Notes under the pieces: generated by a model
Databases searched by the model: none
Seen by the model: only the letters and a program-made list of their open reading frames with translations
What the model was told of the DNA's origin: nothing
Shown: positions 18,934-28,335 of the stretch, piece by piece
Layout: every line of letters starts with the position of its first letter
Numbering within the stretch: the stretch's first letter is position 1
Program-made: the position numbers and the translations under genes
From: an uncultured Methanosarcinales archaeon
Lineage (GTDB): Archaea > Nanobdellota > Nanobdellia > Woesearchaeales > GW2011-AR15
Assembly (NCBI GenBank): GCA_964512765.1
Contig: CAZEKF010000004.1
Span: 15,739-79,738 of the forward strand
Length of the DNA: 64,000 nt
Reading direction: 5' to 3'

Positions 18934-19487
18934 ATCCAGTATCCGATCAAAAGCACAGCAAACAAACATACAATAAGTACAAGTAACATAGCTAACACTT
19001 TAGGATGGAACATAGTAGCACCAAAATTCTGCGCATAGCTGGTTGAACCAACATCACCACCTTCTCCAACTACAACACTATCATAATCAATTGATTCATT
19101 GCTTAAGAACGGCCCAGCTCCTTGTCCAAGTCGCATTGCAATGTTAATAACAAGTATGATAAGACCAATAACTAAAACCCAAGTTCCCATAGTTTTCATT
19201 AATTCTGGAGTGAATTCTGCACCAATAGATATTGTAACAAAGTATGCCATTGTCAAGGCAACTAACATGATGATATACCAGGGTACAGTGTTTTTAATAA
19301 TTTCAACAGCATCTTTAGAAAAAATGAACATCATGGAAATAGCGAAAGCAAGCATTGCGTTAAGACCTTTGTGGGATCCGAACGGTGCTTTTAAGGTTAA
19401 GATGGCATACACTGCTGTAAACACAAATAAAATTACAAAAATGTCTGAAAAATGTCCAAGCAGTGATATGTCAAGTAATGATGCCAT
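18930..19487 (-). CDS. Membrane protein, paralog 3 of tandem family
   Basis: FVFTAVYAIL...NAMLAFAI motif shared with the two neighbours. Confidence 0.75.
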   Translation of the reverse strand: MASLLDISLLGHFSDIFVILFVFTAVYAILTLKAPFGSHKGLNAMLAFAISMMFIFSKDAVEIIKNTVPWYIIMLVALTMAYFVTISIGAEFTPELMKTMGTWVLVIGLIILVINIAMRLGQGAGPFLSNESIDYDSVVVGEGGDVGSTSYAQNFGATMFHPKVLAMLLVLIVCLFAVLLIGYWI

Positions 19488-19498
19488 TTTATGTTAGT

Positions 19499-20071
19499 TT
19501 AATGACTGTCTCCTTTTCCAAGCCATCCTCCAAAGGCTCTATCAAGTGCTTTGTGCGTTTTTTCTCGTTCAGGTTTATCCTCTTTAGTTATGAACCAAAT
19601 CACTAGCCCGAATACTAAAATTGCAACAAGTAGAGATTTTGTTTCAGGGTCACTTAACCATGCGATTTCTTTTACAAGTCCTGCTGATGCAAGAAATGTC
19701 CAACCAACAGCAATGACAGCAAATAATACTACAATTCCTTCAAGAGGTGATCCTAGTATGTTAACTTCTTCACCAAACACACCAATTAATAGTAAAGCCA
19801 TCATTGAAGCGATCATAAGTAATGATACATTTGGAAGTGCAGCATTAATAATTACAACAACGTCGGGACCTCTTCCTATGACGTGAGGTATAATCGATGC
19901 GAGTGCTAACACAAAACTGATCACTGTGTTAAAATTTTTTGAATCTTTACCAAGTATTTTTGATTTTTGCAACACTGCAAATGCAATTGTAAATATTAAC
20001 ATGAACGGTAGTAACACGTCCAAAAATCCGTAGCTTTCAAGAGTTGCAAGCCAATTTGCGAAATATGACAT
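19499..20071 (-). CDS. Membrane protein, paralog 2 of tandem family
   Basis: LLPFMLIFTIAFAVLQKSKILG...NTVISFV. Confidence 0.8.
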   Translation of the reverse strand: MSYFANWLATLESYGFLDVLLPFMLIFTIAFAVLQKSKILGKDSKNFNTVISFVLALASIIPHVIGRGPDVVVIINAALPNVSLLMIASMMALLLIGVFGEEVNILGSPLEGIVVLFAVIAVGWTFLASAGLVKEIAWLSDPETKSLLVAILVFGLVIWFITKEDKPEREKTHKALDRAFGGWLGKGDSH

Positions 20072-20096
20072 TTTTATTAAACCTCCTTTCTAGTAT

Positions 20097-20729
20097 TTAA
20101 TGATCGTCTTTTTTTTCTTCATCTTTTGTTGATTTAGCAACACCAAACGCACCTTCAGTAGGTTTGGCAGTAACAAAACCCATAATACCAACAATAATTA
20201 ATGTTAAAATTAATGCGCCCATGGCACCTGTGTCAAAGTTTCTTACAACATAATTCCATGCATAGTATAACCATGGTGTGCCATTTTTTGTTTTTATAGC
20301 GTGTAAAAATATTGCTAATATTCCAACCAGCATTAATATCATGAAAATGTTTTTATAACCTTTTTCCATTTCAAACTCATCTTTACCAGTATGGAACACT
20401 CCTGCTAATAGTAAAAAGCAAAATCCTAGCAATAATAATATTGTCATGTTTGCGATTGCTTCATTAACAGCCGCAACCAATCTTGTACTGGCAACAACCA
20501 AAAATGCTGTAACAAAAGCAAACATACTGTTGAGGTTCTTTTTAGACATCTCAACTTCGCCACCTGCACCTGTTGCAGCCACAACGGTTTCTGTGCCGAA
20601 AAGCCTAGTTTTTTCAAGGATAGCAAATACTAAAGTAAATATTAATAAAAAAGGTAAAAGAACTTCATATACTCCAATTCTATCTAGAAACTGGATACCA
20701 GTAGCAAAAGGTGACGTATAATCTGCCAT
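20097..20729 (-). CDS. Membrane protein, paralog 1 of tandem family
   Basis: LLPFLLIFTLVFAILEKTRLFG...NSMFAFV. Confidence 0.8.
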   Translation of the reverse strand: MADYTSPFATGIQFLDRIGVYEVLLPFLLIFTLVFAILEKTRLFGTETVVAATGAGGEVEMSKKNLNSMFAFVTAFLVVASTRLVAAVNEAIANMTILLLLGFCFLLLAGVFHTGKDEFEMEKGYKNIFMILMLVGILAIFLHAIKTKNGTPWLYYAWNYVVRNFDTGAMGALILTLIIVGIMGFVTAKPTEGAFGVAKSTKDEEKKDDH

Positions 20730-20845
20730 ATTAGTATAGAATTAGATGATTCTTCCTATATAAATGTTTTGTTTCCCCATATATAGGTTTTAGACGAAAA
20801 AAAGAGTAAATAATTTTATAAATAATATAGGTTTACCATGGTTTT

Positions 20846-21409
20846 ATGAAAGAAATTTTTTCAAAAATAAAAAAAGAAATTGAAAGTAAGGATAAGGTTA
20901 GAGAAGAGCTAATTGTAAATTCCAGGCCAATTATTAAAAATTCGAAACAAGCAATTTATGCAATGCATAGAAGCGCGTTGAAAGAAGCAAAAAAGTTAAT
21001 TGATATTGCAAACAAAGATTTGGATAAGTTAAGAAACATAACTAATAAACAAGAAATTGGTGCGTTTAACGCAGCACTACAAGAATATGCAGAAGCTGTT
21101 ACTTATTATTATTATTTAACTGAACAAAGATTAGTTAAACCAGGTGAGATTAAAGTAGATGCAGAAAACTATTTATTAGGTGTTTGTGATCTTACGGGAG
21201 AATTATCTAGAAAAGCAGTATTTTCTGTTGTTAATGAAAAATATTCAGAAGTTGAAAAAATTAAAGATTTTGTTTCTGAAATCTACAACGAGTTCCTTAA
21301 ATTTAGTTTTAGAAACAGTGAACTAAGAAAAAAATCAGATTCTATTAAATGGAACTTAAAAAAAATTGAAGAAATAATGTATGATTTGAAAATCCGGGGA
21401 AAGATATAA
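20846..21409 (+). CDS. Translin/TRAX family protein
   Basis: REELI...ALQEYAEA...YLLGVCDLTGELSR...LRKKSD motifs. Confidence 0.85.
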   Translation: MKEIFSKIKKEIESKDKVREELIVNSRPIIKNSKQAIYAMHRSALKEAKKLIDIANKDLDKLRNITNKQEIGAFNAALQEYAEAVTYYYYLTEQRLVKPGEIKVDAENYLLGVCDLTGELSRKAVFSVVNEKYSEVEKIKDFVSEIYNEFLKFSFRNSELRKKSDSIKWNLKKIEEIMYDLKIRGKI

Positions 21410-21895
21410 ATGGGTTTTAAACAGGCATTGGAAAAATTACATAGTTCTAAAGAGTACAATGATTGGAAGAAAAAGAATACATATCTTACTTACTGTTTTA
21501 TTATGATATCTCCTGAAGTTAAACAAGAATGGCAAATAGGTTACTATGATCCTGATGCTGATAAAATAACAGCTTTCAGTGTTTCTGATGATGTTGTTAA
21601 AAACCCTGACTCAGAAGTGTTTAAAAAAGATAAAAAAGTTCTTGAACTAGAGCCGAGTAAGGTTAAAATTACGCTTGATAAAACACTTGAAAAAGCCAAA
21701 AAATTGCAGAAAACAGTGTATAGCCAACACACACCAGTTAAAAAAGTTGTTATTTTACAAAAACTTAGTTTAGGGCAAGTCTGGAATGTAACTTATATTA
21801 CTCAGACTTTTAAAACATTGAACATTAAAATTGACGCAGAATCTGGTGAAGTAATAAAACACGATTTAATAGAATTGTTTAGGTTTGACAAATAG
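21410..21895 (+). CDS. Hypothetical protein with PepSY-like C-terminus
   Basis: WQIGYY and WNVTY...IKIDAESGEVI; abuts the translin stop codon. Confidence 0.7.
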   Translation: MGFKQALEKLHSSKEYNDWKKKNTYLTYCFIMISPEVKQEWQIGYYDPDADKITAFSVSDDVVKNPDSEVFKKDKKVLELEPSKVKITLDKTLEKAKKLQKTVYSQHTPVKKVVILQKLSLGQVWNVTYITQTFKTLNIKIDAESGEVIKHDLIELFRFDK

Positions 21896-22023
21896 TTACT
21901 TCTCAATGAATTTCTTTATAAAATTTATTTAATTAAAACCTATATATTTGATTGTAATAGATTTTATAAAGCGCAAAAAAAATAATAAATTTGTTCTTTG
22001 ATTGAATGAGTTGAATAAAAAAC

Positions 22024-22452
22024 ATGGTAGAAGTAAGAGTCTTAAAAACAGATCCTGAACTAACAACACCCCATTACGCGCATACAGGAGATGCTGCTTT
22101 TGATTTAAGGAGTTGTGAAGAATTAGTTCTTGGACCTAATGAACGTCATACAGTTAAAACTGGACTGAAAATGGATATTCCTGATGGTTATTTTGGCTTA
22201 ATAAAAGATAGAAGCGGTTACGCGCACAAGTTTGGAATACATTGTTTGGCAGGAGTGATAGATTCAGGCTATCGCGGTGAGATAGGTGTTGTCATGATTA
22301 ATTTAGGTGACGATGCATTTGAAATCAAAAAAGATATGAAGATTGCGCAGATGTTAATCCTTCCAGTTCCAGAAGTTACTCTTAATGAAGTAGATTCATT
22401 GGACGATTCTGGGAGAGGAGAAGGGGGTTTTGGTAGCACAGGACATCATTAA
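22024..22452 (+). CDS. dut: Trimeric dUTP diphosphatase
   Basis: GDAAFDL, RSG, GVIDSGYRGEI, IAQ, RGEGGFGSTG. Confidence 0.95.
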   Translation: MVEVRVLKTDPELTTPHYAHTGDAAFDLRSCEELVLGPNERHTVKTGLKMDIPDGYFGLIKDRSGYAHKFGIHCLAGVIDSGYRGEIGVVMINLGDDAFEIKKDMKIAQMLILPVPEVTLNEVDSLDDSGRGEGGFGSTGHH

Positions 22453-22476
22453 TTAAAAGAGAGGTGAAAAAGTAAA

Positions 22477-22584
22477 ATGGTAGACGACAAAGAAATTGTA
22501 AAAAATAAAACAACAGTAAGTTATAAAGCAATGATGTCAAGTAAAAAACTAGATTCTTTTTTTGAAGAAGAGGATGAAGAATAA
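22477..22584 (+). CDS. Unannotated 35-aa acidic microprotein with PIP-box-like motif
   Basis: GAGGTGA RBS at 22461; MVDDKEIVKNKTTVSYKAMMSSKKLDSFFEEEDEE. Confidence 0.6.
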   Translation: MVDDKEIVKNKTTVSYKAMMSSKKLDSFFEEEDEE

Positions 22585-22632
22585 GTTCTTTTTCTATTAT
22601 ATTTAAATATAAGATTAATTCTCCCTGGTTTT

Positions 22633-22857
22633 ATGATACGTGAAATGGACAATACTGAATGTGATATAACTGAGTTTGACAAAGCAAACCAAAAATTAAT
22701 GAAATGTAAACAAAGTGTAAATTTTATAGGTTTGAAATCATGCAATCTTTTTTCACACAGGTTTGACACTAGTTATGATATAATGGCTCATTGTGGTAGT
22801 TGTAAAACTAATAAGAAAAAACCAACTTCAAAAACACTTAATGTAAGATTTTATTAA
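22633..22857 (+). CDS. Small Cys-containing hypothetical protein
   Basis: 74 aa, 5 Cys including HCGSC; TTTAAATA about 25 nt upstream. Confidence 0.5.
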   Translation: MIREMDNTECDITEFDKANQKLMKCKQSVNFIGLKSCNLFSHRFDTSYDIMAHCGSCKTNKKKPTSKTLNVRFY

Positions 22858-23470
22858 TTTCTTGAATAATTCTGTTAAAAACTGTTTCTTGATCTCCGTT
22901 AGCGTCAATGCTAACCCAGTTATCTTTGAACTCTTGCATTTCAGAGAGTTCAATGTAACCTTGTTCTATTTTTTTGAAAAAATCAACATTTTCTTGTTCG
23001 AATTTATCTCCTTCTTTGTCAAAAGATCTGTTTAAACCTATTTGAGGATCTAATTTTAGGAATAATATTAAATCAGGGCTAGTGTTTTCAATTGCTGTTT
23101 TGTTAATCTTTAATACTTTGTTTATCCCTATACCTCGCGTATATCCTTGGTATGCAAGACTACTGATGAAACTTCTATCTGATATTACAATTCCGCCTTG
23201 GTCAAGAACTGGTCTAACAAGGTTTCTTAATAATTGTGCACGTGCAGATGCGTATAAATACGCTTCACAAACAGGATCCATTTTTTCTTCAAATTTGGTT
23301 CCCTGCACTAATTTTCTAATAGCTTCAGCAATCTCTGTACCACCAGGTTCTCTTGTTAGAACAACTTTTTTATTAGGAAATTTATTTTTTAGATATTCGT
23401 AAACATTAGTTGCTTGGGTTGTTTTTCCAGTACCAACTACACCTTCTAGAATGATGTATGTACCTTTCAT
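22838..23470 (-). CDS. tmk: Thymidylate kinase
   Basis: EGVVGTGKTT P-loop, TREPGG, SDRSFISSLAYQG, PDL. Confidence 0.95.
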   Translation of the reverse strand: MKGTYIILEGVVGTGKTTQATNVYEYLKNKFPNKKVVLTREPGGTEIAEAIRKLVQGTKFEEKMDPVCEAYLYASARAQLLRNLVRPVLDQGGIVISDRSFISSLAYQGYTRGIGINKVLKINKTAIENTSPDLILFLKLDPQIGLNRSFDKEGDKFEQENVDFFKKIEQGYIELSEMQEFKDNWVSIDANGDQETVFNRIIQEINKILH

Positions 23471-23547
23471 AGGAATTTAGATAAAAGAATACTTTAAATA
23501 AATATTGAAAACCTATTTAAACCTCTAGTTAATTCTTTTAGCCATAT

Positions 23548-23663
23548 GGCGGTAGTCGTATAATGGTTAGTATTCAGGACTGTGGCAAGTAATTGCAGAC
23601 ATCCTGAGGAGCGAGCTGATGATTGAAATGAGCATCACGCGAATTCGATTCTCGCCTATCGCC
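23548..23663 (+). tRNA. tRNA-His(GTG) with encoded G-1 and two introns (23586-23600 at 37/38; 23616-23643 at 53/54)
   Basis: Acceptor GCGGTAG/CTATCGC, anticodon stem CAGGA/TCCTG, T stem GCGAG/CTCGC with TTCGATT loop after removing both inserts; BHB-like motifs at both. Confidence 0.9.
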
Positions 23664-23758
23664 CTCTCATTTCAATTTTTCCTTATTTTTTTCTATAACA
23701 TTTAAATATAAAGAAAACCTATAATATAATTGATAAAAAGAATGGTTAAGGTGTTTTC

Positions 23759-24310
23759 ATGGTTAAGAACAAAAAACCTTCTTCACTTAAAAACAAATAT
23801 GCATGTCTGATTCAAATAATTCTTTTACTCTTTATTATTCTTATTTTTACACAATATAAACCTTTACTACTTATCTTGGTTTTTGAGATTGTTGAATTAA
23901 TAAAAGTGTTAATAAAACAAAAAACTAAACAATTTCCTATTGATTTTGTGTTTGTTTTTGGAATAACTGCATCTTATTTTTATAGTCCTATAATAGGATT
24001 TGTAATATTTTTTTTAGGCGTTCACAACAGAAAACTGATGAAAACTATTAAATCAAGACATATAACAAAAGGTGTAAGACATTTAACTTTGTTTTTGATT
24101 GTAAGTTTATTAAGATCGTTTCCTTTTTTTAGTGCGGCAGTCTTAATGTTAATGATAAATTATGCTTTTAAATATTTAATAGGAATTCTTTTCTTAAGCG
24201 AGAATGTTTTTGATAAAGCGCTTTACCATATTACAAATTTCATAGGTTCAACTGTATTATTTCAAATTATTTCAATTTTATATCAGAATTTAAGATTTCT
24301 AAGACCATAA
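23759..24310 (+). CDS. Integral membrane protein (ECF S-component-like)
   Basis: About 6 TM segments; PIDFVFVFGITASYFYSPIIG resembles the motif in 14370-14930. Confidence 0.65.
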   Translation: MVKNKKPSSLKNKYACLIQIILLLFIILIFTQYKPLLLILVFEIVELIKVLIKQKTKQFPIDFVFVFGITASYFYSPIIGFVIFFLGVHNRKLMKTIKSRHITKGVRHLTLFLIVSLLRSFPFFSAAVLMLMINYAFKYLIGILFLSENVFDKALYHITNFIGSTVLFQIISILYQNLRFLRP

Positions 24311-24348
24311 CCTTTATATATGACTCATAATTTCTTGGTGTATAATCA

Positions 24349-24394
24349 ACCCGAGTTAACGCGATAGGGTTAATAATTGTGTTAATTCTTGGGT
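24349..24394 (+). promoter_or_regulatory. Structured 5' leader of the rps13 operon
   Basis: ACCCGAG-TTAACGCGAT pairs with ATTGTGTTAA-tt-CTTGGGT using G-U pairs; TTTATATA box at 24313. Confidence 0.5.
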
Positions 24395-24413
24395 AAATTG
24401 AATATAAAACACT

Positions 24414-24463
24414 AAAAAATTGCTAGCAATTTTTTGTGTGCCAAAAATCATATGGTGATTTTT
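24414..24463 (+). repeat. Double-hairpin element, copy 2 (covers rps13 RBS)
   Basis: AAAAAATTGC-ta-GCAATTTTTT, 7-nt spacer, AAAAATCA-tatgg-TGATTTTT. Confidence 0.55.
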
Positions 24464-24467
24464 TAGC

Positions 24468-24950
24468 ATGGCAGATGAACAACAAAAAGTTAAACATATT
24501 GTAAGGATAGCTAATACTGACGTTTCTGGTCAAAAAGCTATAGTTGTAGCTTTAACAAAGATTAGAGGTATTGGATATGTTTTTGCGAACACAGCATGCA
24601 AACTTGCACATGTTGACAAAACTAAAAAAGCAGGTTTGTTAGACGCACGAGAAGTTGAAAAGTTAACAGAAGTTATTCAAAACCCTGCAAAGTATAATGT
24701 TCCGAGCTGGTTATTTAACAGAAGAAAAGATTATGAAACAGGCGATGATAAACATATTATTATGGGAGATTTGATATTTTCAAAACAGCAAGACGTCAGA
24801 AGATTACAAAAAATTAAATCATACCGTGGTTTAAGACACGCAGCAAACTTACCATTAAGAGGCCAACGTACAAAATCCAATTTCAGAAGAAATAAAGGTA
24901 AAGCTGTTGGTGTTAAACGTAAAAAAGGAAGTAAATCAGGTAGAGTCTAA
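24468..24950 (+). CDS. rps13: 30S ribosomal protein S13
   Basis: IRGIG, KIKSYRGLRH, PLRGQRTKSNFR. Confidence 0.97.
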   Translation: MADEQQKVKHIVRIANTDVSGQKAIVVALTKIRGIGYVFANTACKLAHVDKTKKAGLLDAREVEKLTEVIQNPAKYNVPSWLFNRRKDYETGDDKHIIMGDLIFSKQQDVRRLQKIKSYRGLRHAANLPLRGQRTKSNFRRNKGKAVGVKRKKGSKSGRV

Positions 24951-24952
24951 AA

Positions 24953-25699
24953 ATGGGAGACCCAAAGAAACTAAGGAAAAAGTATTCAACACCCAGCCAT
25001 CCTTGGCAAAAGCAAAGGATTGATGAAGAAAGGGTTTTAATGAGAGAGTACGGGTTTAAAAATAAAGCTGAGTTATGGAAATTAAATTCTAAATTAAGAA
25101 AATATAAAACACAGGTTAAAAACCTTATCTCGAAACATGACGAACATGCTGAAAAACAAAAGGTTGAATTAATAAAAAGAGTACAAAAATTAAATTTAAT
25201 TGATGAAAAAGCTGTTCTTGAAGATATTCTTTCATTAACATTAAAAGATATTTGTGAAAGACGTTTACAAACAATTGTTCTGAAGAAAGGATTGGCAAGG
25301 TCTATTAAACAAGCTAGACAGTTTATCACTCATGAACATATTGTTATAGGTGACCAGAAAATTACGTCTCCGTCGTACATTGTTAGTTCAGGTGAAGAAA
25401 TTATTGTTAAGTTTGCAGATAATTCAGAGTTTAGATCTGAAGATCATCCTGAAAGACTGGCTGAAAAACCTAAAGTAACAAAGAAAAAAGAACCTGAACC
25501 AGTTGAAGAAGAAGTTTCTGAAGAACCTATTGCAGAGAAAGAAGCTCCAGTAGAAGAACCAAAAGAAGAGCCAGTTGAAGAAGAAAAACCAGCTGTACCT
25601 GAACCAGCAGAAGAGAAAAAAGAAGAAGAACCAGCTGCTGAAGAAAAGAAAGAAGAAGAAGAACCAAAAGAAGAGAAGAAGGTTGAAGAAGAAAAATGA
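24953..25699 (+). CDS. rps4: 30S ribosomal protein S4 with long acidic C-terminal tail
   Basis: [31 protein letters not shown]. Confidence 0.97.
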   Translation: MGDPKKLRKKYSTPSHPWQKQRIDEERVLMREYGFKNKAELWKLNSKLRKYKTQVKNLISKHDEHAEKQKVELIKRVQKLNLIDEKAVLEDILSLTLKDICERRLQTIVLKKGLARSIKQARQFITHEHIVIGDQKITSPSYIVSSGEEIIVKFADNSEFRSEDHPERLAEKPKVTKKKEPEPVEEEVSEEPIAEKEAPVEEPKEEPVEEEKPAVPEPAEEKKEEEPAAEEKKEEEEPKEEKKVEEEK

Positions 25700-26145
25700 G
25701 AAATTCTAGAGGAGGTAGAGGACCAAGAAGAGATCATAGAGCAAGAGTACCTAGAGGAGATATTAGATGGGGCATTTGCCACATATATTCTTCATATAAT
25801 AATACAATTGTGCATATTACAGACATAACAGGTAGTGAAACTATTGCGTTATCATCAGGCGGTCAAATTGTTAAAGCAGACAGGTTAGAAAGTTCGCCAA
25901 CAGCTGCAATGGCAGCATCAAAAAAGGTTGGGGAAGCAGCTCTTGAAAAAGGTATTCGAGGGTTACATGTTAAAATAAAAGCACCTGGCGGTCATAACGG
26001 TCCGAATAACCCAGGACCCGGTGCACAGGCAGCAGTAAGAGCGTTATCAAGAATGGGTTTAAGAATTGGTATAATTGAAGATGTTACACCTGTTCCTCAC
26101 GACGGTTGCAGGAAAAAGGGTGGAAAAAGAGGTCGACGTGTATAA
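25696..26145 (+). CDS. rps11: 30S ribosomal protein S11
   Basis: [39 protein letters not shown]. Confidence 0.97.
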   Translation: MRNSRGGRGPRRDHRARVPRGDIRWGICHIYSSYNNTIVHITDITGSETIALSSGGQIVKADRLESSPTAAMAASKKVGEAALEKGIRGLHVKIKAPGGHNGPNNPGPGAQAAVRALSRMGLRIGIIEDVTPVPHDGCRKKGGKRGRRV

Positions 26146-26147
26146 AA

Positions 26148-26921
26148 ATGGTAAGCTTTGAAAAAATATCAAATAAAGATAATAAAATGACGTTTTTATT
26201 AAAGAAAAGTACACCTGCTTATGCAAATGCATTAAGAAGAATTATGCTTACTGAAGTTCCAGTGATGGCAATTGAAGATATTGAGTTTAGAAAAAACAGT
26301 TCTGCATTGTACGATGAAGTATTAGCTCACAGGCTTGGTTTAATGCCATTAACAACAGACTTGAAATCGTACGAGCTTCCAAAATCTCAAGAAGATGTTG
26401 ACAATAAAAAAGCTAAATGTACGCTACAACTAACACTTAAAGAAAAAGGTCCAAAAACTGTTTATGCGTCAGACATGAAGTCTAAAGATCCCAAAGTTAA
26501 GCCAGTATATCCAAAAACACCAATTGTGAAATTGTTAAAAGATCAAGAATTGGAACTTGTTGCAACTGCAATATTAGGAAAAGGCACTGAGCATGTTAAA
26601 TGGTCGCCAGGACATATATGGTATAATTATAATGCAAAAATTACAGTAAATAAATCAAAAGATGTTGAACAGTTTAAAGAATTATATCCTCCGCAAGTGT
26701 TTAATAAAAAAGGAGAGATTGACGAGAAATTAATTTTGGAAAATAACTTAGTGGATGCAGTCGCTCATGTTAATGAAGACCTTGTTAAAGTTGAATATGA
26801 TGACACAGAATTTATATTTCAAGTAGAATCATGGGGACAGTTGTCTCCTAAAGAAATTGTAGTTACAGGATTAGGAATATTTAATGATAAACTTGACGAG
26901 CTAGGTAAACTCCTCAAATAA
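26148..26921 (+). CDS. rpoD: DNA-directed RNA polymerase subunit D (Rpo3)
   Basis: ANALRRIMLTEVP, NSSALYDEVLAHRLGL, HVKWSP, VESWGQL. Confidence 0.95.
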   Translation: MVSFEKISNKDNKMTFLLKKSTPAYANALRRIMLTEVPVMAIEDIEFRKNSSALYDEVLAHRLGLMPLTTDLKSYELPKSQEDVDNKKAKCTLQLTLKEKGPKTVYASDMKSKDPKVKPVYPKTPIVKLLKDQELELVATAILGKGTEHVKWSPGHIWYNYNAKITVNKSKDVEQFKELYPPQVFNKKGEIDEKLILENNLVDAVAHVNEDLVKVEYDDTEFIFQVESWGQLSPKEIVVTGLGIFNDKLDELGKLLK

Positions 26922-26940
26922 CTCTCGCATAAATTATCAT

Positions 26941-27077
26941 GCGGGGGTGGCAGAGCCTGGTCAATCGAAAATCGAAGATTTTCGAAGCGTCAAAAACCTT
27001 CGGTTTCAGACCAAATGCGCAAGGTTGAGGGCCTTGTCCCAAAAGTGGGTGCGCGTGTTCAAATCACGTCCCCCGCA
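26941..27077 (+). tRNA. tRNA-Leu(GAG) with 50-nt intron in the D-loop (26965-27014)
   Basis: GCGGGGG/CCCCCGC acceptor, CAAGG-TTGAGGG-CCTTG, long variable arm, GCGTG-TTCAAAT-CACGT; GGTC/GACC helix flanked by AA|N bulges. Confidence 0.9.
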
Positions 27078-27094
27078 TTATATAAAATAAAAAA

Positions 27095-27442
27095 ATGAAG
27101 AACCAACAATTAACAACATTGGTAACAGAACTAAAGAAAACATCAATTGAAAATGATGTTAAACTTTGGAAAAGGATCGCGTTAGAGTTAGAAGGACCTA
27201 CAAGCAAAAGACGAGTTGTTAATTTATCAAGAATAAACAGGTATTGTAAAGATAATGATGTTGTTGTCGTTCCCGGAAAAGTATTATCAATGGGTTCACT
27301 GGATAAAAAATTAACAATCGCAGCTTACAACTTTTCAGGCCAAGCACTTGATAAAATTAAAAATGCAGGTAGTAAAGCAATTACAATTTATGATTTAGTT
27401 AAGAAAAATCCAAAAGCAAGTAAAGTGAGGATAATAGGATGA
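27095..27442 (+). CDS. rpl18e: 50S ribosomal protein L18e
   Basis: VNLSRINR, VVVPGKVL, AYNFS. Confidence 0.95.
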   Translation: MKNQQLTTLVTELKKTSIENDVKLWKRIALELEGPTSKRRVVNLSRINRYCKDNDVVVVPGKVLSMGSLDKKLTIAAYNFSGQALDKIKNAGSKAITIYDLVKKNPKASKVRIIG

Positions 27443-27861
27443 TTATTATAGATGCAACAGATTTAATTGTTGGAAGAATTGGTACTTATGCAGCTAAACA
27501 AGCATTATTAGGGGAGGAAATCAGGATCATAAACAGTGAAAAAGCTGTTATTTCAGGTAGAAAAGAAAATACATTTGAAAAATATTTAACAATAAAAGCA
27601 ATGGGTACACCGAGAAAAGGACCTTTTTTGCACAGGATGCCTGAACGATTGTTAAGAAGATCTATCAGAGGCATGTTATCTCATAAAAAGCCAAGAGGCA
27701 AAGAAGCTTACAAAAGAATATTATGTTATCAAGGCATTCCGGATGAGTTTAAAGATAAAAAATCAATTACAATCAAAGATGCTAACAGATCAAAATTGCC
27801 AAATTTAAAATATGTAAATTTAAAAGATGTATCAAAAAGATTAGGTGCTAATGTTGGGTAA
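27439..27861 (+). CDS. rpl13: 50S ribosomal protein L13
   Basis: IDATDLIVGR, NSEKAVISG, GPF...RGML. Confidence 0.95.
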   Translation: MIIIDATDLIVGRIGTYAAKQALLGEEIRIINSEKAVISGRKENTFEKYLTIKAMGTPRKGPFLHRMPERLLRRSIRGMLSHKKPRGKEAYKRILCYQGIPDEFKDKKSITIKDANRSKLPNLKYVNLKDVSKRLGANVG

Positions 27862-28264
27862 GAAAAAATCAAAATCAATTGTTGTGTCAGGAAAAAGAAA
27901 AACTGCTATTGCACGTGCTACATTAAACCAAGGCACTGGAAAAGTTAAAATTAACAATGTTCCTCTGGACTTGTATGTTCCAAAAGTGTATAAAATGAGG
28001 ATTGAAGAACCTTTAATTCTTGCAGGAGATGTAAGAAATAATGTTGACATTTCTGTTAATGTTAACGGCGGCGGGTCAATGAGCCAGAGCGACGCATCCA
28101 GAACTGCAATTGCAAGAGCACTTGCAACACATGATCCTAAACTAAAACCTAGGTTCTTAAATTATGACAGGCATTTACTTGTCGCAGATGTTAGACTAAA
28201 AGAAACTCATAAGCCAAACAGGCATGGTAGTGCTAGGTCAAAGAAGCAAAAATCTTATAGATAG
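27851..28264 (+). CDS. rps9: 30S ribosomal protein S9
   Basis: GKRKTAIARA, GGGSMSQ, YDRHLLVADVR, ARSKKQKSYR. Confidence 0.95.
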   Translation: MLGKKKSKSIVVSGKRKTAIARATLNQGTGKVKINNVPLDLYVPKVYKMRIEEPLILAGDVRNNVDISVNVNGGGSMSQSDASRTAIARALATHDPKLKPRFLNYDRHLLVADVRLKETHKPNRHGSARSKKQKSYR

Positions 28265-28335
28265 TTTTATTTTTTCTTTATATTCTATTCATAGACCGAA
28301 ACAAATTAAAACTCATATTTAATTCTAGATGAGTT

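Noticed and set aside
22521-22769. 82-aa minus-strand ORF
   Set aside because: Overlaps two plus-strand ORFs that have RBS or TATA support
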